Below, piece by piece: positions 28,735 through 41,668 of a stretch of 64,000 bases of DNA (within the stretch, counting starts at the first letter, position 1; every line of letters starts with the position of its first letter). The notes beneath the pieces are model-generated. The model saw only the letters and a program-made list of their open reading frames with translations. It made no database searches and was not told the origin of the DNA. Origin of the DNA: Chrysomallon squamiferum (taxonomy: Eukaryota > Animalia > Mollusca); contig CM022677.1 of the NCBI GenBank assembly GCA_012295275.1, positions 3,472,001-3,536,000 of the forward strand, written 5' to 3'. The position numbers and the translations under genes are program-made.

Positions 28735-29160
28735 CAATGCTGGACAAGAAGAGAAAGTTCCGTCCATCGCATGGATGATATATAATTGTGTCCACAATGC
28801 TGGACAAGAAGAGAAAGTTCCGTCCATAAAAATGGATTCTGCAGCCTGTAGAGCTACGATTTGCTCATCTGTTGAAAACACAAGCATGTCATTTTCATTT
28901 CCATCGCTAAATAAAAGGTAGCGTCTTCCATCATTTGTCTTTGTCCTTGGTTCTTCTATGCTGACATCAGCTCTAGTCTGTGGTAGGGTGGGTACCAGAA
29001 CTCGTCTCTCTGTGCACTGCTCATACTGGGAAACAAGGCAAATAAGGAAACGTTTCTGGTGCTTGATTTGCAACCTCATCGTTGTATATTTGCTGTATTG
29101 GTGCTGCTTCTCCTCTTTCCCGCTTCCGTAGTATGCTGACAAACCGAACAACATTCGGGT
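28735..29160 (-). mobile_element. MULE transposase fragment (region of first catalytic Asp)
   Basis: PTLPQTRADVSIEEPRTKTNDGRRYLLFSDGNENDMLVFSTDEQIVALQAAESIFMDGTFSSCPALWTQLYIIHA carries the DGTF...QLY.IH hallmark of animal MULE transposases. It is truncated by a repeat of MDGTFSSCPAL 60 bp further on. Confidence 0.88.
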
Positions 29161-29630
29161 CACTTGGAAGATGGTTATGCTCTGAATAAAATTGTCAACA
29201 GCTGCTATAATTATATTTATGGACAACAGTCAACAAGCGAACGAAAAAAAAAAAAGAATGTGTAGATACTTCCACAGAAGCTGTTTATAAACATCTGTGA
29301 TCAAGTGTTATTAATTATGTTACTGACAAACATTCAGAAATGCTCGGTCCAGAACTGACAAGATACATCAGTTTCACTACAAATGGAGAATTTTTAAATT
29401 TATTACAGCTACTTCGTCAATCGTTTGTTTTATTCAGTATGTTGACAAAATGTTGTGCACTTCAGGGTAGTCACAAATGCAGAGAAGACTTCTTCCATAT
29501 TAATTTCAGTTTTCATTCCCAAATCTACTTCTTATACTGATGACTTGAACATTATTTTTAGAAATTATTACACACCTAACTCCTGCTAAATAAGAGATTG
29601 ATATCACTGATACTTATATGTATATATATA

Positions 29631-29678
<48 letters not shown>

Positions 29679-29776
29679 GGCCTTTGCATATATATCCTTA
29701 TCAATATATTTAAACATAAACTGATGTTGAGAATAAATAACATGATATTTCAGTAACAATTCTGCCATCAAAATTA

Positions 29777-29851
<75 letters not shown>

Positions 29852-30692
29852 CTACTGAGTAGGTATCTAGCATGTTTATGTTGAACAGACAGTGAGCCAA
29901 AGTGGTTGTTGTCCATGCTGTTGTGGTTGGTTGCAGACGTCACGACTCTACCATCAGGATCCTAGCATCTACTTGAGAGTTCAGTTCATGGCAAACAAGC
30001 TGCCTCATACAAGCAGTTCATAGTTACTGGCCATTTGGAGATTATTGCACACACAGAACACACACAGACACAGATACACACACACACACACACACACATA
30101 CATGCACACCTATGTACATACATATACAAACATTATACAAACATTACACATTCAAACACATACATACATATATACATACTTTTAAACATTAAATACATAC
30201 AAATATACATACTTTTAAACATTAAATACACACAAACATACTTGTACACAAACATTAAATACATACACATACATGTACACACACAAGCATTTAAATACAT
30301 ACACACATACATGGTTATTAAGTGATATTCTTTAAGGTTGTTTTCACAGAAAAAGAAAACTACAATGCCTTAAGTCCAAGTCTCATCAGCAGAATGATGA
30401 GGTTGAGATTGGACTTTGTCCTCCTGTTCCCAAATATTGTCTATGTGTAGAGTTTAACCAGACAACCATCACTAAACAGATTACATACATACCTACTGAT
30501 GCATATAGAGTGTTGTAAAATTTTGTAAATGTCGTTTCTGAGATATGTGTTAAAATTCAATGTACTTGCCATTTGATGTATCAGTTTGTGAATGTGTTTG
30601 TACTGGTTTGTGAATGTTTTTGTACTGGTTTGTGAATGTGTTTTGTACTGGTTTGTGAATGTGTGTTTGAGACTTTTTTATACAAGTAATGA

Positions 30693-31283
30693 TGAGATAC
30701 AGCTGTTATTGAAGTAAGGTGAAATACAGCTGTTACTGAAGTAAGGTGAGATACAGCTGTTACTGAAGTAAGATGAGATACAGCTGTTACTGAAGTAAGG
30801 TGAAATACAGCTGTTACTGAAGTAAGGTGATATACAGCTGTTATTGAAGTAAGGTGAGATACAGCAGTTATTAAAGTAAGATGAAATACAGCAGTTATTG
30901 AAGTAAGGTCAGATACAGCAGTTATTGAAGTAAGATGAAATACAGCAGTTATTAAAGAAATACACAGTTATTAAAAGGTGAGATAAGATGAAATACAGCA
31001 GTTATTGAAGTAAGGTGAGATACAGCTGTTATTGAAGTAAGGTGAGATACAGCAGTTATTAAAGTAAGATGAAATACAGCAGTTATTGAAGTAAGGTCAG
31101 ATACAGCAGTTATTGAAGTAAGATGAAATACAGCAGTTATTAAAGTAAAATGAAATACAGCAGTTATTGAAGTAAGGTGAGATACAGCTGTTACTGAAGT
31201 AAGGTGAGATACAGCTGTTACTGAAGTAAGGTGAGATACAGCTGTTATTGAAGTAAGATGAGATACAGCTGTTACTGAAGTAA
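30693..31283. repeat. 27-bp minisatellite, about 21 copies
   Basis: GAGATACAGCTGTTACTGAAGTAAGGT in tandem with variants. Confidence 0.95.
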
Positions 31284-31702
31284 AGAGGTGAAATAGCTGA
31301 TAAAGTGAATATGAAGATGCAGGAAACTGATCATGAACAAAATTTACATTTCAGCAGATTTGTTGACTCTTGCTTAACATATATAATTAAAAACAGAAAA
31401 CAAGGTAATTTCAAATATTTATTGGAACAACAAAACAAATCTATACTACTTAAACATTTTTCACTAAAATAGTAATTTAAATTATTTCAAAACATTAATT
31501 TTAAGTGAATATGAATTTCCAAATATAAAATGTTTTGAAATTTCTGATGTGATTCCTTTCAGATCAACAATAAATTACAAAAATAATTTCAGTGATTTTA
31601 ATGAAAATGTCACAGAAACTGATTAGAATTATAAATCATTTATCAGTGACATCAGACAATGAAAGCCCCGAGTGTTGTAGTTCACATCATACCATGACAT
31701 AT

Positions 31703-31928
31703 GGTAAAGATGTATACAATAAAAACATTTAAAAAACACTAAACTTAAAATATCAAACAATACCAAGACTTCTGGTAAAGATGTATACAGTAAAAACATT
31801 TAAAAAACACTAAACTTAAAATATCAAACAATACCAAGACTTCTGGTAAAGATGTATACAGTAAAAACATTTAAAAAACACTAAACTTAAAATATCAAAC
31901 AATACCAAGACTTCTGGTAAAGATGTAT
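31703..31928. repeat. 71-bp tandem repeat x3
   Basis: GGTAAAGATGTATACAGTAAAAACATTTAAAAAACACTAAAC...CCAAGACTTCT. Confidence 0.93.
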
Positions 31929-32071
31929 CAAATAGCACTGTATTAACAAAACATAAAATAAAAAGTAAACAACAGATCACTCATGGAAAGAAATAACTAA
32001 ATACCTGCATGTGTTTGAAAGACAAAATTAAATCAAACATCCTTATTAAATATTTGTGTGGAGTTTTTCAG

Positions 32072-32112
<41 letters not shown>

Positions 32113-32385
32113 CGTTCACACAAATCTGGTAAAATCCAGTATGAATAATTAGGCTTAACAAGAATACTTTTACTTGATTTTACATGATGCACTTGAGATA
32201 ATCAGAAAAGTTGTTTTTTTCAAGTGGAAAACTTTGTTAGTTCAGTAAGAGCCAGGCTTTCAAACACAGCACTGAATAAAAAACATCAAATCAAAAAACA
32301 GACATACATCCAAACACAGCACTGAATAAAAAACATCAAATCAAAAAAACAGACATACATCCATTTATGTCATATTCTAATATCC

Positions 32386-32981
32386 ATCTGTGTCACATAC
32401 CAATGTAACTAAGCATGATAAATAAATAAATACTATATCTATGTTAAATTCCAATGTAAAAACAGACATACATACATCTGTGTCACATACCAATGTAACT
32501 AAGCACTATAAATAAATAAATACTATATCTAAGTTAAATTCCAATGTAAAAACAGACATACATACATCTGTGTCACATACCAATGTAACTAAGCACTATA
32601 AATAAATAAATACTATATCTATGTTAAATTCCAATGTAAAAACAGACATACATACATCTGTGTCACATACCAATGTAACTAAGCACTATAAATAAATAAA
32701 TACTATATCTTTAAATTCCAATGTAACCAATGTAACTAAGCACATAAATAAATAAATACTATATCTATAAGACATACATACAATGTCACATACCAATGTA
32801 ACTAAGCACTATAAATAAATAAATACTATATCTATGTTAAATTCCAATGTAAAAACAGACATACATACATCTGTGTCACATACCAATGTAACTAAGCAAG
32901 CACTATAAATAAATAAATACTATATCTATGTTAAATTCCAATAATACGTAATCTGTGCACTATAAATAAATAAATACTATA
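32386..32981. repeat. 90-bp minisatellite, about 6 copies, partly scrambled
   Basis: CATCTGTGTCACATACCAATGTAACTAAGCACTATAAATAAATAAATACTATATC... in tandem. Confidence 0.92.
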
Positions 32982-33826
32982 CCAAAGTAAAACAAACATA
33001 TCTATATCCTAACAAAGGTGAAACTATTCTAAGACAATCAAAAACAGAAATGGAAAATAATAAAAAATGTTTTGTTTGAAACAAAATTTTAGATACATAT
33101 CTATATCCTCCCAAAGATGAGAATTATTTTGAGAAAACCAAAATTTGAAAAATACCTTTTTTTGGGGGATGAATCAAAGTTTACAAAAACACAGAAGAGT
33201 CAGTCATCTGTGTGTGTACTGATAGTGACGACAACAACAACAACAACCACAACAGCAATAATAATAATAATAATTACACTAACAATATCAGTAATTGTAA
33301 TAAGTACACAGTTGCAGTTTTCAAATTAAACATTTTCTTCAAAAAGTTGCTGAATTCTCCAGACTGAATGAAAGTTAGTCGTGGGTTGACACAGAAGTGG
33401 GTTTGTAGAACTCAGCTGTGATTTACTGTTCATTTTCAAAACAAAATTTTCAAAAGTTATTTATTTGAATGATTATTTTTATTTATGTTATACATGAAGG
33501 TTGTGAAAATGAGTAAAACTAATATGAACTATAATGTCAACCCAATAAAACTTTACAATACAATGTGTCAATGAATAATTTAAACTGTAATGAATTGCTT
33601 TAAACATGTTTTTATCCTGCTTATTTTTTGTTTAGAATCACTTGCAGACACTTTTACATTATAATTTACAATAAAATATTATAATCATTTTTTTTTTTCA
33701 AATACAAGATCTAAAATTAAAAATTAGAAAAATGAAAACTATTCATAATTTTTCAGGATTAACAAAGAGGAATCAATGATTACATTTCACATGGAAAACA
33801 TTCTCTACAGCATCGTTATTGAAGGC

Positions 33827-34640
33827 AATACATAAACCCCAGAAACAAACATACAGCAGAATGTCTTACTATCTGCAATACTCTCACTGCTGTAATACAT
33901 AAACCCCAGAAACAAACATACAGCAGAATGTCTTACTATCTGCAATACTCTGTGTAATACATAAACCCCAGAAACAAACATACAGCAGAATGTCTTACTA
34001 TCTGCAATACTCTGTGTAATACATAAACCCCAGAAACAAACATACAGCAGAATGTCTTACTATCTGCAATACTCTGTGTACTTACTATCTGCAATACTCT
34101 GTGTAATACATAAACCCCAGAAACAAACATACAGCAGAATGTCTTACTATCTGCAATACTCTCACTGCTGTAATACATAAACCCCAGAAACAAACATACA
34201 GCAGAATGTCTTACTATCTGTAATACATAAACCCTGCTGAAACAAACATAACAAACAAACAGAATGTCTTACTATCTGCAATACTCTCACTGTGTAATAC
34301 ATAAACCCCCAGAAACAAACATACAGCAGAATGTCTTATCTATCTGCAATACTCTCAACCCTGAAACAAACATACATACAGAATGTCTTACTATCTGCAA
34401 TACATAAACCCCAGAAAAACAAACATACAGCAGAATGTCTTACTATCTGCCAAAACAAACATACAGCAGAATGTCTTACTATCTGCAATAAATACATAAA
34501 CCCCAAAACAAACATACAGCAGAATGTCTTACTATCTGCCTGTGTAATACAAAACAAAAACAAACATACAGCAGAATGTCTTACTATCTGCAATACTCTC
34601 ACTGCTGTCTCACTATCTGCAATACTGCTGTAATACATAA
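33827..34640. repeat. 62-67-bp minisatellite, about 13 copies
   Basis: AATACATAAACCCCAGAAACAAACATACAGCAGAATGTCTTACTATCTGCAATACTCT in tandem; explains ORFs between 33936 and 34740. Confidence 0.95.
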
Positions 34641-34711
34641 CTGTCAAAATACACTTCCCAAAGAATTCCATGCATAAACCTTCCAAAACAATCCAAACAG
34701 GTAAACATACA

Positions 34712-34747
<36 letters not shown>

Positions 34748-35211
34748 TATTAAATTAAAGAAGAAAGAACATATTTGAAATAATTAATTAATGAGTTCTA
34801 AAAAAGACCATAATTTTTTTTCTTCATATGTTTTTGTTTTGTTATTTTAAAAACAAGTTCTCATTATTTAATTAACATCAGTGGTTTTCTTTTAAAAAAA
34901 AGAAGAAAATAATAATATTAATTTTATTGTGAACATTTTTCATTTAATCTGCTAACATTACATTTAACTTTTCTTTCCAGTGGTCTGTATTTTCTGACAT
35001 TACTATTTTTTAAAGCATTACTAATGAATGAATGTTAATGAAAATAAAACAGAATAATAATTTTAATAATGAAAGTCCACAGTGTTCTACTACTTGTCTT
35101 ATAGCAAGTAAACTGGCTAATGTACTACTTTTTTTGCCAAAAGGGAGGTAACCAGCTATCTGAACCAACCTGCCTAAAAGCAGGGTTACCTGTACCTGAC
35201 TGATTAGCATG

Positions 35212-36213
35212 TTAACAATCCTCAGCAGCTTTTAGTTCTTTTATCAGTTTTATTAGGTAAGCTTTTTCATCATCAAACTGTTCACCATATGAGTGGTTGG
35301 TACAAAACTTACTTAGAAAGTCCACAAGTTTTTCCTTGTTTCAAAGAAGTATGTTCAAAAGAGGCTTTGGTTTGCTAGGATTGGCTACAAACACCTTAAA
35401 GACGTGGAAGGCTTCAAACTGAATATTTCGACTTTCCTCTCTCAGCATGTTCATCACTAGTTTCAGGTTTTCCGGGTTGCTGGTGTACCGAGTCATGAAG
35501 TTGTGGCAGTCAAGCAGCAACTCTCCCAGCAGCTTCAGAGCCTGTCTTCTGCTGACGTAATTGGCTGAGTTTAATAAGGCCTGATAATGACCAAACACTT
35601 TGTCATAATTACACTCTAGAAATTCAGCAGATAACTTCTTGTGCTTTGTCAACAGTTCCTTGAAAGTTGAGAACGCATCTGCTGCAATGTCGAAAGTGGA
35701 AGCTTCAACATAAGAAAAGAAGTTGTAGCAGTCGTCAGAATAAAGCATAATCTTAGCCAGGGCTTCATAACGACAACACTCTCGCAACATCATTCCACAG
35801 TTCAGTGCTATTTCTCGAGTTTCATAACTTTTCATGAGTAGGAAGAGAAGTTCTCGTTTCACACAGATGTACTCGACAGCGGGTGAACGGCTTCCTGTCT
35901 GTCGACGCAGCAAGTTGTGGAAAATGACGACCACGTCTTTTCTTCCCTCAAAATCGATCTTGTTGAGGTTGACAATGAACAACATGAGAAGGTTGCTCTG
36001 GAACATTTCATGAGCTAGCTGAACTATACGTTCTGGCTTTGGTTCCTTGTCAGCTGTTCCACACAGCATCATCTTAACAGCCTGAAGCGTTTCACTAACC
36101 TTTTTCACATCTGTCTCACTTCTGTCTCCGACTGATTCAAGCCTGCCAATCGCCTCCTTGCACTCCCTGACAAGCACGTGCGGTTTCTTCTGCGACTTTC
36201 CAAACAACGGCAT
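35212..36213 (-). pseudogene. CAB39: Intronless CAB39/MO25 (calcium-binding protein 39) with premature stop
   Basis: [11 protein letters not shown]...[25 protein letters not shown]...[18 protein letters not shown]...[20 protein letters not shown] at 35341-35343 interrupts LL*NKEKLVDFLSKF...EQFDDEKAYLIKLIKELKAAEDC, and the true stop is at 35212. There is also a 2-codon deletion (HNF--MTRY) and an R>C change (LDCHN). No introns. Confidence 0.93.
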
Positions 36214-36565
36214 CGCCGCATCGGCAAATTAGCGCCGGAAATCGTTTCAGTTACTTGATCAAAAATCAGACAATATAAACTTGTTCCAACTTATTATATT
36301 ACATTTTTCTTCTACAATTTTTAAAATTCCCAGTGTATCGAATGTTCTCAAAACATTACAAATGTTACGAATTGTGGTTGTCGTTATTCTAAGAACTTCG
36401 CTTATTTCAACTATTTTCTCACTTTATTTAATATATACAAGCATATATTTCATTTACTCAGAATTTAATTTAAAAACAAAAAAATTATTCCTTATTTGTC
36501 ACTATAATCGTAGCCAAATTAAATATTACGACAGTTGTATTTAAATTCGCGACTATGGCGGAAAT
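36214..36565 (-). promoter_or_regulatory. CpG-rich 5' flank / housekeeping promoter-like motifs upstream of CAB39
   Basis: CGCCGCATCGGC..GCGCCGGAAATCG next to the ATG. TCGCGACTATGGCGGAA at about 36547-36563 combines a TCGCGA palindrome, YY1-like ATGGCG and ETS-like CGGAA. Confidence 0.35.
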
Positions 36566-37289
36566 AGCAGATGACATTATTATCATTTTATATTTAATTA
36601 AAATTTGTTGTGTTTTAATGTTTCATCTCTCGCTCTCTTTCTCTCACAGAAAAATACAAACACTGATCAAGCAGCGAAGACATTTTTTTATTTTATTTTA
36701 TTTCATTATTTTCCTTTAATATGTATTATTATTGTTGTTGTTGTTATAACGATGATGTTATTACAAATATTTTATTTTGTTTTATTTATTTATTTATTTT
36801 ATTGTTTGATTTGTTTGTTTGTTTGTTATTATCACTGTACAGGTTGTGTTGTGCGAACACGACTATTTTGCAATAAATGAACAGAGTAATGAATAAATAT
36901 GAGCTACTTGTTTGAATTACGTGAGTGTGCGTGTATGTGTGTGCGAACTTGGTGGGATGTATGTATGTATGTATGTATGCAAGCATGTACGTAAGTGGAT
37001 TTACAGTTGCTCCCTGTACAACAGCCACCCATTTTTTCTTCCAATAATGACATATATGCATGTATAAGGAAACATCTTTAATACTTCAAAAATAATAAAC
37101 CACAAATAAAATAAAATGCATAGCTCTCTACTAAAGCTTTGTATAGCAACAGTTCATTCAGAAGTACAGGTTCAACTGTAACCATGTATACCAAGGCACG
37201 CCTTACAAGAATTTATTGAAACACTTTGATGTCGTGTTGTGGTCCACTCAAATAGTCCAGGACTTGTCGGTTTTCACGCTGTCTGACAA

Positions 37290-37620
37290 TACTGGCAATA
37301 GATGAAGTTGTCCTCAAAGTGCTCCAGTATCTGATAGTGCTTCAAAAGCTGCCTTCATCCACTAGAACGAATGCAATTGCAGATATCTGACTGATCAGTA
37401 AATCAAACTCTTCGTCAGTATTGTAACGAACTGCCAGACTAATGAGTTGAATTTGGCGCCAGATGCATTGCCTCAAATGAAAGAAGCATCCAGTCACAGC
37501 ACAGTTTAGCTGTACAGACGTGTTGTCTTCTTCCTTCACACTCGTAAGAAATCTATCCACCTCTGAGTTCCTTCTGTCGGACATACACAGAGTTTTCGAA
37601 GGCAAGATTTGGATGACCAC
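37290..37620 (-). mobile_element. MULE transposase fragment (CxxH motif region)
   Basis: VTGCFFHLRQCIWRQIQLISLAVRYNTDEEFDLLISQISAIAFVLVDE followed by LEHFEDNFI. GC.FH..Q is the MULE CxxH motif. Confidence 0.85.
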
Positions 37621-37738
37621 ACTCTGAATGAGTGAACTTCATCTTATAGAATATAACATGTTTGCTACATACTGTTTCATTCATTTCAGTTATAGCTCAC
37701 CTGCCAAATCAAAGAAACCTTACGACTTAATTAGCCTG

Positions 37739-37784
37739 AATTAGTAATTAGCTGACTCTAGTTAGCTTTGACTAATTTATTGGA

Positions 37785-37838
<54 letters not shown>

Positions 37839-37958
37839 AATAAAATTAATTACAATTTCAATAGCCATTATACTGAAGAGAAATCTGATATATTTATTTT
37901 TATATTCTATTACAAATTATTTTCTTCGCTTTTATTTGTTTCTTTATTTCTTTCTTTC

Positions 37959-38004
<46 letters not shown>

Positions 38005-38191
38005 AATTTGTCATTGAAATGTCATCTGTTAATTAGCAACATCGGTTATAAAAAAAGTTAAATTAGAAATATAGAGTCAATTCCATATATTAATGAGTAG
38101 TAGTTTATATTGTTAATTCTTATAGAAATGTCTTTACTCAAATTTAATTAGTAATTAGCAGACTCTAGTTAGCTTTGACTAATTTATTGGA

Positions 38192-38249
<58 letters not shown>

Positions 38250-38250
38250 T
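37739..38250. repeat. Local direct duplication of a 50-bp unique segment plus (AAT)n
   Basis: AATTAGTAATTAGC[T/A]GACTCTAGTTAGCTTTGACTAATTTATTGGAATT(AAT)n at about 37739 and again at about 38146. Confidence 0.85.
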
Positions 38251-39755
38251 AAATAAATAAATAAATAAATAAACAAAGGACATGCACGCGGGTTTATCGT
38301 CGACCGAAGCGTGGGACCACTGGAAGGATCAACTCGACGTCATTTCCTTTTCTCTCGTTCGCCGAGTCGAGCCGAGCCCATCCGAGCACAGCCGAAATCG
38401 GTTTTCATGGCAGCGCTCAGACGACAGTTTGAAAACTGGGTCACGGTACTTGCTACCGATGACAATTTCATTTTAAACAGTGCACAAATAAGATAAGAAA
38501 ACAAATAGCAATAGTAATAATAGTAATAGAAATGACACTTTACAGTTCGAATGACAAGACACTGTTTACAACAAGAACACAGAATACAAAAATAAATAAT
38601 AAAAACATAAATGAAACATAATGCCTTCCGCTTATTTTAATAGTCTTACTTATACACAATTTATATATTTCTTTTCCTTTCTTTTTTCTACATCACATAT
38701 TATGTTGATATTTCCAGAACGGTATACGTAGAAAAATTTAGAATGAATGATAAATGATCAGTGGCTTTCAGTTTATTGGCATAAGTCGTGCTTTTGATAG
38801 TAAAGCAAAAATATTAATTCCCAGTTTTACTAACTTATGGGCATTTAATAGTCAAAACAAATTTAATTTATCAATTTTTATTTTTATTTTATTTTTTTTA
38901 AATAACAACAATAAATAAATAAATAAAAATAAAAATACTTAGCACGGTAAAAGACGAAAAATTAATTCGAGTGACGAGAATAAATCGTTCACTTTTACCA
39001 TGTGTCCATTACGTATACCCCCAACTTATATTGAAAAATATAATCCTAATTTTCCTGAAGTAATTCGAAATATTATTTTAACGATTAATATTTATCATTA
39101 TTGTTGTTTTGTTTTTAGAGATGGGTGCGTTTCGTTATCGCTAAATTCAGTTGTTCTACATTAGAGTTTGTTCTTTTTTTATGAAATGATTATTTTTATA
39201 CTCAGTCTGTTGTGTGCATTCCTCAGAAACATGTCCCGTACTTAAAAAACAAAACAAAACAACAAATAATAATATTTATATTTTTGTTATTTACTTTTTT
39301 AAAAAATATAAACTGAACAGTAATATATATATAAAAAGTCTAAATATGAAATGTAAACGCTATGTTGTTAGAACTTTGACATTTCGGCGGTCATTTTTAA
39401 AAATGTACTGTTTATTTTAATTTCATATCAGAGTTGCTGTTCTTGACATTAACTCAGTCTTTTTCCTTAAATATTGAAAAGAAACACTAAATCTTAATAT
39501 GTCCCTTATTTATATTAAACAAATAATTGAAAAACCTTTCTTGATAAATGTTCTGGTAATAAGTAACCGCTCACTTTTTCAGTCACCATTCCTGAGTTAA
39601 ATTTGAGCAGTTGTCATAAATTTTACATTTTACACAATTTTCTGTATTTATAACAGCAGCGAAAAAGGATTAATTTTAGAATTCTAAAACTATGTGTATC
39701 TATATAGGTGTCTTTACCTCTATGATATGTTTTTGACTGTGATATCAACAATACC

Positions 39756-39813
<58 letters not shown>

Positions 39814-39874
39814 GTTTTATAACTAGAATGGTCAGAAGTTAATTTAATTTAGTTTTTTTATTTATTTATTTATT

Positions 39875-39913
<39 letters not shown>

Positions 39914-40104
39914 GTTATTTTGAATTCACAAACTAGATAACAGAAAGATATCAAGCGACAAGTTGGATGATAATGATTCGGTATGTTTGATTGTACAGAA
40001 CAGAAAAATAGTTTTGATAGAAAAGTGTGATTATCTGCCAGCATTTCACGACAGACGGACATCTACAATCGTGTGTTGCTCTCTGTCATTGTATTGGTAC
40101 AAAG

Positions 40105-40430
40105 TTTCAAATTATAAACAATTTAAAAATAATCTCTCATTCCAGACATATTTCAACCTTACAGAGTAAAAATACTGCTACTCGGTGTTTAAACTTTCAA
40201 ATCATAATTTTCCTATTGATACGGGAAGATGGAAAATCACACCATTAGAAAATAAAATATGTGTGATAACTATGAGTTTCATTACATATTTACATGTGTG
40301 TTTCTTTTAAAGAATCAAAGGAACCGTTTTTCTGTCAATCTAAACCAAGTGTTTATAAATTTTATGAATTATTTAACTCTTAAAAAAGCTGGTGTTCTTT
40401 AAAAACGTTCTATTTTCTGCAATCTAATCA
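40105..40430 (+). mobile_element. Non-LTR retrotransposon (LINE) ORF2 3' end, degenerate
   Basis: NYKQFKNNLSFQTYF...NHNFPIDTGRWKITPLENKIC..EFHYIFTC...KPSVYKFYELFNS across frameshifts. This matches the NH.LPIETGRW...RIC..C..DEFHY...C CCHC tail of LINE ORF2. Confidence 0.7.
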
Positions 40431-41009
40431 TGAACCGTAATTTCAAATCCGCTGGCTCATATACTGATATACTGTATATATATCTTTGTTATGTACATTA
40501 TTGTAAATCCACCATCTTGTCATACTTATATTAAATTTTGTATGAATGTCTCCTCAAATGCACGACCAGAGTGTAAGTAACGTTCAGTTCGGTGTGTATT
40601 TGTGTTTATAAAACGTGTCTGTGTGCGTACTTGACTGACCTTTCATGAATTAATGAATAAATGAATAAATAAATATAGCAAAACGTTTATTACGAGATCG
40701 CATAGACAGTGTGGGTAGATCGCATGACACTAAAAAAAAACGTATCATCCATTCTGCAAGTGCAAGTTCAAGTTATCAGAGTAAGGTGAAGGCCAAACAT
40801 GTACAGACTTGTATTGTGCCATACAAGTTCAAACTGTTATGCAATTACAACAACATATCTTGTAAATATAAGTATACTTAGTATAAATAAATAAAATAAA
40901 CAGATAAATGTTTTGCGTTTTTACTGTAGGTAGATCATTTTGAGTTGGTCATTTAAAACGTTGGGGCAAGGTTATAATTCATTGAAATAATAATAATTAA
41001 TCAGAAAAT

Positions 41010-41143
41010 ATGCATGACGTCACGGCCACAGCATCCCGAAGTATAGCGAAGTTACGGCGAGACTATTAGTGAAAGGGCGCGCACCGGGGACACTTTAACA
41101 ACTATAGTAATTCAAAATTTTGTATGTAAGCTTGATTTACACC
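41010..41143 (+). promoter_or_regulatory. CpG-rich promoter/5' UTR of EGFR-like gene with CRE
   Basis: TGACGTCA at 41015-41022, CpG cluster (GGGCGCGCACCGGG) and Kozak-like CACCATG at 41140-41146. Confidence 0.5.
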
Positions 41144-41320
41144 ATGAAAATTGTCTTTGCCTTAGTGTTGTCTTTCACTTCGCTACTGATGAATTTAGCG
41201 GACGAGCAAGGTAGGCTGATATTTGTTTTCCAAAATGACAGGAAGCTGAAAACCACGTGTTTTCACTTGGCAAATGGAATCGAGAATAAAATTTATAAAG
41301 ATTAAATTCTTTAATTTTTG

Positions 41321-41351
<31 letters not shown>

Positions 41352-41620
41352 TTTGTTATATATATATATATTTAAAAATTGAACTTGGTTTATATTAATG
41401 TCTACAATATGTAAATATCTTTTACTTCTTAAAACAAATTTATTTAGCTAAAACTTATTTTCTTAGAAATATTCTTGTATAGAATGTAAACTGTACAATC
41501 TTATAATTAATATATCAGTATAGATTCAATCTCAACAACAACAACAACAACAACAATAATAAAAAGATGAAAAATCCCAATGAAATTTAAGAAAAATAGT
41601 TTCTAATTCCACCTCTCTCT

Positions 41621-41668
<48 letters not shown>

